Positions 8,720 to 16,500 of a DNA stretch of 26,472 bases are shown piece by piece; position 1 is the first letter of the stretch; each line of letters begins with the position of its first letter. The notes under the pieces were generated by a model. That model saw only the letters and a list, made by a program, of their open reading frames with translations. It ran no database searches and had not been told where the DNA came from. The translations under genes were made by a program, and so were the position numbers. This DNA is from Vibrio cholerae ATCC 14035. GTDB taxonomy: Bacteria > Pseudomonadota > Gammaproteobacteria > Enterobacterales > Vibrionaceae. The stretch lies in the NCBI RefSeq assembly GCF_000621645.1, contig NZ_JHXR01000010.1, forward strand, positions 1 through 26,472. Direction: 5' to 3'.

Positions 8720-8805
8720 GCCACCACCTTATTTGTTTTATCAGTAACTAAAGTGTATACCCAAAATTCACACTACAGCTAGGTAAAAGGTGGTGGGATC
8801 GTAAA

Positions 8806-9045
8806 TCAAATGGCGGGCCAGAAAGTCAACAGGGCAATTCGTAAGATAATGGCAAACACAATACAACTCACTCCGAGCCGATACCACTTATACTCTTCAA
8901 TCGTCATTGGGATGCGTTTATAAAACATAGTCACCACCCCTTTCCAATCTTGACTGCGACGGCCGTACCGCATCACACCAGTCAAAACGAGCAAAATTCC
9001 ACTAACTAGAATCAGTTTCTCAATCCAAAACAGCACAATCTCCAT
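8806..9045 (-). CDS. Small two-TM membrane protein, hypothetical
   Basis: The ORF track gives 8806-9084. I prefer the internal ATG at 9045 (MEIVLFW...) because GAGGAA sits 6 nt upstream of it, while the 9084 ATG has no SD. There are two hydrophobic helices and no recognisable family. Confidence 0.45.
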   Translation of the reverse strand: MEIVLFWIEKLILVSGILLVLTGVMRYGRRSQDWKGVVTMFYKRIPMTIEEYKWYRLGVSCIVFAIILRIALLTFWPAI

Positions 9046-9248
9046 GATCATTTCCTCTGATTCACTTTTCCTCAGTGTAATCATTGTGCTGAGATTTGGC
9101 TGTTGTACAAAAGTCTAAGGCTTACGCTACCTTGACCTGATGGTGAGATGAACAAAGTGAGGTGATTAAGATGAGCCAAGCCAGTAAGCGTGGCGACAGT
9201 TTCAAGTCGGCGTCGAAAGAGAATAAACAATCCATCGAATCGCTACGT

Positions 9249-9279
9249 AAAGCAAAAAGCAGAGCTCAGTGGCTCTGCT
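9249..9279 (-). terminator. Rho-independent terminator after the 125-aa membrane protein gene
   Basis: Stem AGCAGAGC (9258-9265) / GCTCTGCT (9272-9279) with a 6-nt loop. The minus-strand tail is UUUUUGCUUU. Confidence 0.7.
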
Positions 9280-9318
9280 TAATTGTTTGGTAAGTGCTGT
9301 TAATTAAAAAGCTAATGG

Positions 9319-9696
9319 TTAATGAGAGTGCGATTGGTGCTGTGTTGCGATAATTTTGTCTTTGAGTTTTGTTGCCAACTCACGATAGCGGAACCAGAAA
9401 TAAGTCGCGACAATCGAGAAGAAGAGATAAGACAACGCAAAGACAAACGGCGAGGTCATCAGTTCATTTGAAATTCCCCACATCACGCCCACGACGGTTA
9501 CAGCAACCTTAGCAAAGAAACCGCACAGGAGCAGAAAAACGGCGAGTTGTGGAAAACGCGTACTACGAAACGCAAGCCAGTAACAGCTGCCAACGGCTAA
9601 GGAAGCCACACCGAAACCGAGAATAAATGATTGGATGTGATCCGCTGATGCGATGCCACCCGATACAGAAAGCATGAGAATTAAAAACAGTTTCAT
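9319..9696 (-). CDS. Four-TM inner-membrane protein, hypothetical
   Basis: 125 aa with SD AAGGTAGGTG upstream, four hydrophobic segments and a polar C-terminal tail. No family recognised. Confidence 0.55.
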   Translation of the reverse strand: MKLFLILMLSVSGGIASADHIQSFILGFGVASLAVGSCYWLAFRSTRFPQLAVFLLLCGFFAKVAVTVVGVMWGISNELMTSPFVFALSYLFFSIVATYFWFRYRELATKLKDKIIATQHQSHSH

Positions 9697-10080
9697 GATG
9701 CACCTACCTTAAATTTCCACTAAAAGCATCCATTCATTTTTGAAAACTCATTTTTAGTTAATTTTGAACCTTCAAAAAATTATTTCAAGCTCAAAAAACA
9801 TGCAGAATTTGTATCCAAATTTTAATGAAACCTATTGTTACACAATGGTTAAATACACATAGCCTGAAAATACTAGGCAAAAGAGAAGGCAAAGCATCAA
9901 AAGCAACAAAAGGAAACATTTGAAACAAAAAAGTTACATTTCAAGATTGCCAGATTTTCTCTATTCTGAGATGTAAAACCTGTTTCACAGCATCTTTACT
10001 GGTGTGCTTTATCAGCGAAAACTGACTAAAAAGGGATGGGGAAGCGGTAGACGAATACAGGGCGGGATATAGGCTCAAAA

Positions 10081-10123
10081 GCCTTACGCAAACACAACGA
10101 AATCCGTAAGGTTTGCGTAAGGC
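10081..10123 (-). promoter_or_regulatory. arfA 3' hairpin enclosing the stop codon (RNase III / terminator-type element that yields non-stop arfA mRNA)
   Basis: Perfect 13-bp stem GCCTTACGCAAAC (10081-10093) / GTTTGCGTAAGGC (10111-10123) with a 17-nt loop. The arfA stop TAA (10086-10084) lies in the 3' arm, and the minus strand continues UUUUG. Confidence 0.7.
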
Positions 10124-10311
10124 TCTTTGCCTTTGTACTTCATTTTACGTGAATAGCTACCTTTACCTTTTTTCGCCTTTTCCACTCGGCAGCGAAATAA
10201 GGTACTGGTGACGACGGCTTTCAAAGCATTGTCTTTCACTACACCACGCCCACACTCCGTATCCCCTACGGATGAAGTCGATACTGGTATTACTTCTGGT
10301 TTGTTTTTCAT
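10084..10311 (-). CDS. arfA: Alternative ribosome-rescue factor A
   Basis: [31 protein letters not shown] matches E. coli ArfA [31 protein letters not shown]. The start is moved to the ATG at 10311 (MKNKPEV...), which has GGAG 8 nt upstream. The track's 10359 start adds 16 unsupported residues. Confidence 0.8.
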   Translation of the reverse strand: MKNKPEVIPVSTSSVGDTECGRGVVKDNALKAVVTSTLFRCRVEKAKKGKGSYSRKMKYKGKEPYANLTDFVVFA

Positions 10312-10357
10312 TGATAGAGCTCCATACAATTGACTGCCACATTTCGGCAGCCACGAC

Positions 10358-10385
10358 ATTTTGTACGCAATTTAAGCAGTGTCAA
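10358..10385 (-). promoter_or_regulatory. Candidate sigma-70 promoter for arfA
   Basis: On the minus strand: TTGACA (10385-10380), 16 nt, CAAAAT (10363-10358). Confidence 0.3.
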
Positions 10386-10493
10386 CTCATAAATGAGCGG
10401 AACAAAGAGAAAACTTAGTTACATAGAAATGGCATTCAGTGCAAAATTTTGGACTATTTTTGTTAACGGGTTTCGACTCTGTTCAAGATTCGA

Positions 10494-10521
10494 TTGACAA
10501 GCCAATGGTTTACTCTAGACT
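10494..10521 (+). promoter_or_regulatory. Candidate sigma-70 promoter for the cold-shock gene (implies a ~140-nt 5' UTR)
   Basis: TTGACA (10494-10499), 16 nt, TAGACT (10516-10521). A long leader is typical of the cspA family. Confidence 0.4.
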
Positions 10522-10669
10522 CGATCGCGGCTAGAAAGAGTTCTTTGTATACACATCGCTTGGTTGGATTATTCGTAACCGTCCGTGTCGTACGCAATAG
10601 CAAGCTACTTTTCCACGCTATCCGCGCCGTAATCGGCCTACGTTAAAAAATGTTTTTAGGATATTTATT

Positions 10670-10879
10670 ATGTCTACTCCAGTTACTGGTACCGTGAAAT
10701 GGTTCAACGAAACTAAAGGCTTTGGTTTCATCAAGCAAGAAAACGGTCCTGACGTTTTTGCTCACTTCAGCGCAATCCAAGGTGACGGTTTCCGCACTCT
10801 GGCTGAAGGTCAAAAAGTGGAATTCGTGATCACTCAAGGCCAGAAAGGTCCACAAGCTGAAAGCATCAAAGTTCTGTAA
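10670..10879 (+). CDS. CspA-family cold-shock protein
   Basis: 69 aa with a [15 protein letters not shown] (RNP1) and DVFAHF (RNP2) canonical cold-shock domain. Confidence 0.95.
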   Translation: MSTPVTGTVKWFNETKGFGFIKQENGPDVFAHFSAIQGDGFRTLAEGQKVEFVITQGQKGPQAESIKVL

Positions 10880-10899
10880 TAGACTTGCCAAAGATTTTA

Positions 10900-10929
10900 A
10901 TAGCCAGCCTCACTAGGCTGGCTATTTTT
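10900..10929 (+). terminator. Rho-independent terminator after csp (may also serve convergent hmp)
   Basis: Perfect 11-bp stem ATAGCCAGCCT (10900-10910) / AGGCTGGCTAT (10915-10925) with a 4-nt loop, followed by TTTTT. Confidence 0.85.
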
Positions 10930-11022
10930 ATGCTTCTTTTATATCGATTTTACAAAAGCTCCGATAAGAAAAGTAATATCGGCCGTTACTTATGGCTTAG
11001 ATGCCCCAAAAGACAGAGACTC

Positions 11023-12207
11023 TTACGCCGCAAGCTGTGCATGTGGACCAAACACTTCATAATGAATTCGCGCCTTATCCACACCAAGCGCCAGTAACTG
11101 CTTGACCACATACTGCATAAAACCGATCGGACCACACAAATAGAAATCTCCATCCTCAATCGGCAGAATAAGCTCGGCTAACTGCATTTCACCTTGTAAG
11201 ACATCATCTGCACTTTCATCACGGTACCACACTTGCTGCATCCATCCCTGTTGCGCAATGAGCTGCGCGGCTTCCTGAGCAAAAGTATGTTCCTTAGCAG
11301 AATTACACGCATAAAGATAAGTCACTCCAGACTTATTTTGCTTGGCTAAGGTGTGCAGGATAGCCTGCATGGGCGTCGCGCCAACACCAGCCGAAATCAG
11401 AACCACAGGCCGCTCACGCTCAACATAGAAAAAATCTCCGGCGGGAGCATAGAGTTTAACGCTATCCCCAACTTTGACGTTGTTGTGCAGATAGTGAGAA
11501 ACCAGCCCTGGATTATCACTGCCCACCCCTTCGCGCTTAACCGAAATGCGATACTCACGACCATTCGATGCATGCGACAAGGAGTATTGACGAATTTCTC
11601 GATAATCACTTCCCTCTGGCGTCACTTCAATCCCAATGTATTGTCCCGGTTGATAATCCAGTACCGCACCACCATCAGCGGGTACGAGCACAAAACTGGT
11701 CACGTAAGCAGACTCTACCTGTTTCTCGCGTACAACAAAGGTTCGGCCATCACGCCATCCACCTAAAGCTTGTTTGCGCTCTAAGTAGAGTGCGCCTTCG
11801 CGGTCGATAAAAACTTGAGCCAAAAAGAAATACGCGGCGGTCCAAGCCTCTTCAACCGGTTGGGTAAAGGCATCTGGGGCTAATTCACGCAAAGTCTCCA
11901 GCAGATGATGCCCGACAATCTGATAATGCTCTGGCTGAATATTAAAACTGGTGTGTTTATGGGCGATACGCTCAACGGCACTGGTTAATGCGGCTAAATT
12001 ATCGATATGCTTGGCATAAGCCGCAATCGCTTCAAACAGCGCAACACTTTGACGTCCGGTTTTCTGGTGGGTCATATTAAAAATATGCTTCAGCTCTGGA
12101 TTATGGCTGAACATACGTTGGTAAAAATGTTGCGTCAGCGCAGGACCTGCAGACTCCAGCAAAGGAATGGTGCTTTTAATGATATTGATGTGTTCTTGGG
12201 TGAGCAT
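11023..12207 (-). CDS. hmp: Flavohemoglobin / nitric oxide dioxygenase
   Basis: 394 aa with an N-terminal globin (MLTQEHINIIKSTIPLLESAGPALTQHFYQRMF) followed by an FNR-like FAD/NAD-binding reductase (RQYSLS, ISAGVGATP). Confidence 0.95.
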   Translation of the reverse strand: MLTQEHINIIKSTIPLLESAGPALTQHFYQRMFSHNPELKHIFNMTHQKTGRQSVALFEAIAAYAKHIDNLAALTSAVERIAHKHTSFNIQPEHYQIVGHHLLETLRELAPDAFTQPVEEAWTAAYFFLAQVFIDREGALYLERKQALGGWRDGRTFVVREKQVESAYVTSFVLVPADGGAVLDYQPGQYIGIEVTPEGSDYREIRQYSLSHASNGREYRISVKREGVGSDNPGLVSHYLHNNVKVGDSVKLYAPAGDFFYVERERPVVLISAGVGATPMQAILHTLAKQNKSGVTYLYACNSAKEHTFAQEAAQLIAQQGWMQQVWYRDESADDVLQGEMQLAELILPIEDGDFYLCGPIGFMQYVVKQLLALGVDKARIHYEVFGPHAQLAA

Positions 12208-12266
12208 AACTTCTCCTCGATAGGCAAAACGGTGGCTTGAGCCACTCTACACAAGCCTTCTTAATG

Positions 12267-12282
12267 AGCAGATTGCATGCCA
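12267..12282 (-). promoter_or_regulatory. Sigma-54 (-24/-12) promoter for hmp
   Basis: The minus strand reads TGGCATGCAATCTGCT, with GG and GC 12 nt apart as in TGGCAC-N5-TTGCW. It lies about 60 nt upstream of the hmp ATG and faces the NorR-type enhancer-binding protein gene. Confidence 0.6.
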
Positions 12283-12326
12283 AAACCTAATTTATTGAAA
12301 AATAAAAATAAGTCATTTTCTAACAG

Positions 12327-12360
12327 GTCAATTTAACTCTTCTCATCGTGTCGATTTGAC
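12327..12360. promoter_or_regulatory. Candidate NorR upstream activating sites (GT-N7-AC)
   Basis: GTCAATTTAAC (12327-12337) and GTCGATTTGAC (12350-12360, within GTGTC-N5-GACAC) both fit GT-N7-AC. They sit 45-80 nt upstream of the sigma-54 promoter. A degenerate third site, GTCATTTTCTAAC (12312-12324), has N9 spacing. Confidence 0.5.
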
Positions 12361-12397
12361 ACTACACTATCAAAAAATCCGAACCTAAGAAGCCAAG

Positions 12398-13990
12398 ATG
12401 CAAGAATTCTCCTTGAGTACTTTGTTAGAAATGACTGTCGGGCTCGCCAGCGGAGCCAACAACGAAGAGCGTTTTCATCGCCTATTGGATGCGGTACGCA
12501 AAGCGGTGATCTGTGACTGCGTCGTTCTGATGTCTCTGCACAACGACACCTTAACTCCTCTGGCGATGCAGGGATTAACTCGCGACACCCTAGGCCGCCG
12601 TTTCGTAGTCAGTGAACATCCTAGATTGGCTCAAATTTGCAGCGCGGATTTACCCGTCCGTTTTGCGGCGGATTGCCCACTCCCCGACCCTTTTGATGGG
12701 CTGCTACTCGACAGCGAAGACGATCTGCCTATGCACTCATGTATGGGCTTACCCCTCCATTTTGGCGAGCAATTACTGGGTATATTGACGCTCGATAGCT
12801 TAAAGCCCGATGCGTTTGATCATCTCTCACCTCGTAGTTTAGAAATACTTGCGGCCATTGCGGCAGCAACGTTGAAAATGACGCTCACCTTTTCTGAGCT
12901 GGAAAACCAAGCCAAACAGACACAATTACGCCTGGAAGAGCTCAACCAAGAAGCATGGAGCCGTGACAGTGTCGAAATTATTGGTAATAGCGGCCCCATG
13001 CTCGCCATGAAAGCGGATATTGATGTGGTTGCGCCCTCGCAATTCAATATTCTGATCCACGGTGAAACCGGTGTAGGTAAGGAGCTGGTTGCTCGCACCA
13101 TACACCAGCGTTCAAATCGCAAACGGCAGCCTCTGGTGTATGTCAACTGCGCCGCTATCCCTGAAAACCTGTTGGAAAGCGAACTGTTTGGCCATGTTAA
13201 AGGGGCGTTTACCGGAGCTGACCGCGCGCGAATGGGTAAGTTTGCTCTGGCGGATGGCGGCACACTGTTTCTCGATGAGATAGGTGAATTACCCCTTAGT
13301 GCGCAAAGCAAAATTCTGCGCGCACTGCAAAACCATGAAATTCAACCTGTTGGCCAAGATCGAGTACAAACCGTCGATGTGCGGATTCTAGCGGCCACCA
13401 ACCGTGATTTGAAAAAAGAGGTCGAAGCTGGCCGTTTTCGAGCCGATCTCTATCACAGATTGAGCGTGTATCCGATCTACGTGCCGCCACTGCGTGAACG
13501 CAAAGGCGATCTCTCCCTACTCGCGGGATACTTCGTAGAACAAGCGCGACGTAAACTCGGTATCACTCAACTAAAGCTGCATGGCGATGTGTTAAGTCAG
13601 CTTATCCAATACCCTTGGCCGGGGAATGTGCGAGAGCTAGAGCATGTGATTAACCGCGCGGCACTCAAAGCCAAAGCACGCCAGCGGGGGCGCCCAGTCA
13701 CGACATTAAAAGTTGAAGACTTAGGGGAATTACAAGGGCCAAGAGCAGCGATGGTTGAACCGACAGCGCAAGATGAACCTATGCTGGGTGAATGGATTGG
13801 TGAGTTGGGTTTACGTGACGCGACGGATGAATTTCAACGCCATTTGATCAGCGAAACCCTCACCCAAGCTGACTTTAATTGGGCAGAGGCGGCACGCCGC
13901 CTCCAGACCGACAGAGCCAACCTGACACGGCTGGCCAAACGGCTCGGCATTACTGTATCCCGCAGCCACTCAATAGAAAGGTCTCGTTAA
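12398..13990 (+). CDS. norR: Sigma-54-dependent NO-responsive transcriptional activator (GAF-AAA+-HTH)
   Basis: 530 aa. The N-terminal GAF domain resembles E. coli NorR (RFHRLLDAVRK...GRRF...HPRL...LPDPFDGL). The AAA+ core has GETGVGKE and the GAFTGA loop, and a C-terminal HTH follows. It is divergent from hmp. Confidence 0.92.
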   Translation: MQEFSLSTLLEMTVGLASGANNEERFHRLLDAVRKAVICDCVVLMSLHNDTLTPLAMQGLTRDTLGRRFVVSEHPRLAQICSADLPVRFAADCPLPDPFDGLLLDSEDDLPMHSCMGLPLHFGEQLLGILTLDSLKPDAFDHLSPRSLEILAAIAAATLKMTLTFSELENQAKQTQLRLEELNQEAWSRDSVEIIGNSGPMLAMKADIDVVAPSQFNILIHGETGVGKELVARTIHQRSNRKRQPLVYVNCAAIPENLLESELFGHVKGAFTGADRARMGKFALADGGTLFLDEIGELPLSAQSKILRALQNHEIQPVGQDRVQTVDVRILAATNRDLKKEVEAGRFRADLYHRLSVYPIYVPPLRERKGDLSLLAGYFVEQARRKLGITQLKLHGDVLSQLIQYPWPGNVRELEHVINRAALKAKARQRGRPVTTLKVEDLGELQGPRAAMVEPTAQDEPMLGEWIGELGLRDATDEFQRHLISETLTQADFNWAEAARRLQTDRANLTRLAKRLGITVSRSHSIERSR

Positions 13991-14862
13991 CTGGCGCTAG
14001 GCACAGGCACTATCGGCGTGGGAGTTGAGCGTGGAAACACCCGCTCATACTCCTGCATAAAATCACGCCGGATCAGTTGTTCAAGTTGGTTCGCGCGTTC
14101 GGTCGGGCAGAAAATCATCACGTGCACCACTTGCTCTCCCGTTGATGAACTGCTGATTTCAATGTGCGGCTCAGCACTGGGCAAATCCACCCCTGCATGG
14201 CGCTCAATCACCGTATTGTAGCGGCGTGCCACTTCCATAAAATGGGCAAAATGCCCTTCAATCCTTTCGTGCAATATCGGCACCAGTGGGAAAAGATTCA
14301 CAAATTCGGGCACCACAATTTTGAAGTTATGGAACACATAGCGCTTCATAAAATTGAGGTTTTTCACCGGATGAGAGAAAAACATACTGTTCGGTAACGT
14401 CGCGGTTTTTCCGGTGTAGTTATACTGGCCGTGGTGTAAATCGATCTCTTGGATCACGGTCGCCATGAGGTTGTGCTCAATCACCTCGCCACACACACTC
14501 CCAACTTCAATCCAGTCCCCGATCCGAAATGAACGAGAACTCGCGCGCTGAATCGATCCGGTGAAACACAAAATGATCTCTTTTGAGGCCACCACAATCG
14601 CTACTGCAATCGCCGTCACCGAGAGTGCAAATTCGCTAATTTCCGATTGCCAAAGCATGAACAGAGCAAGCAAAGTGACCGTAAATACGCCGTTTTTGGT
14701 ACGTGACATCCATTTGCGTTGCTTTTCGGTGATGAGCGCCGCATCACCACGAATATGTTCTAAAACAAGGCGGCGCACTGAAATCACGCCCAATAAAATC
14801 AACGCTGTCAGCAGCAACTTATGGGTGAGCAAAAAATCGACCGCTATGCTCAGATGTTCCAT
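13987..14862 (-). CDS. MscS-family mechanosensitive channel (small type)
   Basis: 291 aa with three N-terminal TM helices followed by the MscS beta-domain motif FRIGDWIEVGSVCGEVIEHNLMATVIQE. SD AGGAGAAAGAG lies upstream. Confidence 0.85.
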   Translation of the reverse strand: MEHLSIAVDFLLTHKLLLTALILLGVISVRRLVLEHIRGDAALITEKQRKWMSRTKNGVFTVTLLALFMLWQSEISEFALSVTAIAVAIVVASKEIILCFTGSIQRASSRSFRIGDWIEVGSVCGEVIEHNLMATVIQEIDLHHGQYNYTGKTATLPNSMFFSHPVKNLNFMKRYVFHNFKIVVPEFVNLFPLVPILHERIEGHFAHFMEVARRYNTVIERHAGVDLPSAEPHIEISSSSTGEQVVHVMIFCPTERANQLEQLIRRDFMQEYERVFPRSTPTPIVPVPSAS

Positions 14863-14992
14863 CTCTTTCTCCTACTACGGCTTAACCCGCCGCTTTATCT
14901 CGTGGTGTTGCATGTCGCGCAATTTCAACATTGAATCCCCTTGCCTGACAAGCGCTATCCCCAAACTCTTGGCTGCTCGGCAAATTTCATCA

Positions 14993-15020
14993 TAAAAAAA
15001 GCCGCTTAATGCGGCTTTTC
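14993..15020 (-). terminator. Rho-independent terminator after pepT
   Basis: Stem AGCCGC (15000-15005) / GCGGCT (15011-15016) flanked by A7 and T4. The minus strand reads hairpin plus UUUUUUU, 14 nt after the pepT stop. Confidence 0.8.
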
Positions 15021-15033
15021 AAAAGAAAAACGG

Positions 15034-16266
15034 TTATTGTCGATAATGCAGTGCCGTTTTCTCTGCAAGTTTCATAATCACTTGTACCGCAGCTTCCATC
15101 CCTTCAATGGTGATGAACTCATGAATGCCGTGGAAATTATAGCCACCAGTGAAAATGTTTGGACAAGGCAATCCCATAAATGACAACCGCGCCCCATCCG
15201 TCCCACCACGGATAGGTTTAATTTTCGGCTCAACATCGCAAGCCACCATCGCCTGTTTGGCCAGCTCAATAATATGTGGATGCGGCTCAACCTTCTCCTT
15301 CATATTGGAGTAGCTCTGCTCGAAACTCACCTCGACACGACCTTTTTTAAGCTGCTGATTGAGCTCGGCTACTTTGGCTTGCATTAACGCTTGGCGAGCT
15401 TGTAAACCGCTCGCCTCAAAGTCACGCAAAATATATTTGAGCTCTGATTTGGCAACACTCATGGTCGCGCCAGAAAGATGGTAGAAACCTTGATAGCCTT
15501 CGGTATGCTGAGGCGTTTCGTTTTCTGGCATCATCAGAATAAACTGCGCTGCAATGTGCATAGCGTTGACCATTTTGTCTTTGGCTGTCCCCGGATGCAG
15601 ATTCACTCCATGACAAACAACCGTCGCTGTGGCGGCGTTGAAGTTCTCATACTCCAGCTCTCCAATCGGGCCGCCATCGATGGTATATGCCCACTGCGCC
15701 GCAAATTTCGCCACATCAAAATGATTGGCACCGCGGCCAATCTCTTCATCTGGCGTGAATGCAATCGAGATATCGCCATGGGGAATCGAAGAATCAGCAA
15801 GCAAGATTTCCATCGCGGTGATGATTTCAGCAATCCCCGCTTTGTTATCTGCACCTAATAAGGTTGTGCCATCGGTCGTGATGAGGTTATAGCCATGCAG
15901 CAGATGCAAGTCAGGGTATTGAATGGGCGACAACACTTCATCCCCTTTACCAAGGGCAATATCACCGCCTTGATAATCTTCAACAATTTGCGGTTTAACA
16001 TGCTTACCGCAAGCATCTGGAGAGGTGTCCATGTGGGCAATAAAGCCAATCGCGGGCACTGGGTAGTTCACATTCGATGGGAGTTTGGCCATCACATAGC
16101 CATGATCATCCAGCGAAACATCACTTAAGCCTAATTCAAGTAGCTCTTCATACAGCGCTTGGGCAAAGACTTTCTGACCCGTAGAGCTTGGGCAGTGATG
16201 GTTTTTCGGTTTCGATTGAGTATCAAAAGTGACATAGCGCATAAAGCGCCCAACAAGATTTTTCAT
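15034..16266 (-). CDS. pepT: Peptidase T (tripeptide aminopeptidase, M20B)
   Basis: [19 protein letters not shown] parallels E. coli PepT MDKLLERFLNYVSLDTQSK, and M20 metal-binding motifs are present (HMDT, GADNKAG, DEEIG). I chose the start at 16266 on homology; the track start at 16287 adds 7 residues and has no SD. Confidence 0.9.
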   Translation of the reverse strand: MKNLVGRFMRYVTFDTQSKPKNHHCPSSTGQKVFAQALYEELLELGLSDVSLDDHGYVMAKLPSNVNYPVPAIGFIAHMDTSPDACGKHVKPQIVEDYQGGDIALGKGDEVLSPIQYPDLHLLHGYNLITTDGTTLLGADNKAGIAEIITAMEILLADSSIPHGDISIAFTPDEEIGRGANHFDVAKFAAQWAYTIDGGPIGELEYENFNAATATVVCHGVNLHPGTAKDKMVNAMHIAAQFILMMPENETPQHTEGYQGFYHLSGATMSVAKSELKYILRDFEASGLQARQALMQAKVAELNQQLKKGRVEVSFEQSYSNMKEKVEPHPHIIELAKQAMVACDVEPKIKPIRGGTDGARLSFMGLPCPNIFTGGYNFHGIHEFITIEGMEAAVQVIMKLAEKTALHYRQ

Positions 16267-16448
16267 AAACAAGCACTCATCATTCAAATACGCAGCGTTG
16301 ATTTAACCTCGCTGAAAGGGAGCATAAGCAGTGAATTGCACCCCATACTACGTATTCTCAGCACCGATGAGTTGTTACAAATCAGTTTTTCACCGATTAA
16401 TCAAAATCAGCGATACCCAAACGACTCAGCAACCAGACGGCTTAGCAA

Positions 16449-16477
16449 ATAAAAAAGCCTATCCGATGGGATAGGCT
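16449..16477 (-). terminator. Rho-independent terminator after the nupC-family gene
   Basis: Stem GCCTATCC (16457-16464) / GGATAGGC (16469-16476) with a 4-nt loop. The minus-strand tail is UUUUUUAUUU. Confidence 0.85.
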
Positions 16478-16500
16478 CAATAGGTTGGTTGTTGAAGCGA

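Noticed and set aside
8740-8797. ERIC-like similarity (ATACCCAAA...) in the response-regulator upstream region
   Set aside because: Only the first 9 nt match well. The ATACCC motif sits at the centre rather than at an end of the local palindrome, which does not fit ERIC architecture.
9171-9293. 40-aa Lys/Ser-rich ORF (MSQASKRGDSFKSASKENKQSIESLRKAKSRAQWLCLIVW) with GAGGTG 8 nt upstream of the ATG
   Set aside because: Its 3' third is simply the hairpin that works much better as the minus-strand terminator of the 125-aa membrane gene (U5 tail on that strand). I recognise no family. It remains only a weak possibility.
10885-11097. 70-aa ORF after the csp gene
   Set aside because: It spans the csp terminator and the 3' end of hmp on the antisense strand, and its composition is basic and junk-like.
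12820-13311. 163-aa ORF antisense to norR
   Set aside because: It is a shadow of the AAA+ core of norR, Ser/Arg-rich, with no start context.
14561-14995. 144-aa ORF antisense to the MscS-like gene
   Set aside because: It is an antisense shadow that extends through the MscS promoter region and has no SD.
16267-16287. Longer pepT start ([11 protein letters not shown]...)
   Set aside because: It has no SD, and the homology-supported N-terminus begins at the ATG at 16266. The extra 7 codons are probably untranslated, but I cannot be certain.
16288-16448. FNR/CRP box upstream of pepT (E. coli pepT is FNR-activated)
   Set aside because: I found only isolated half-sites (TTGAT, ATCAA) with the wrong spacing and no TTGAT-N4-ATCAA match.
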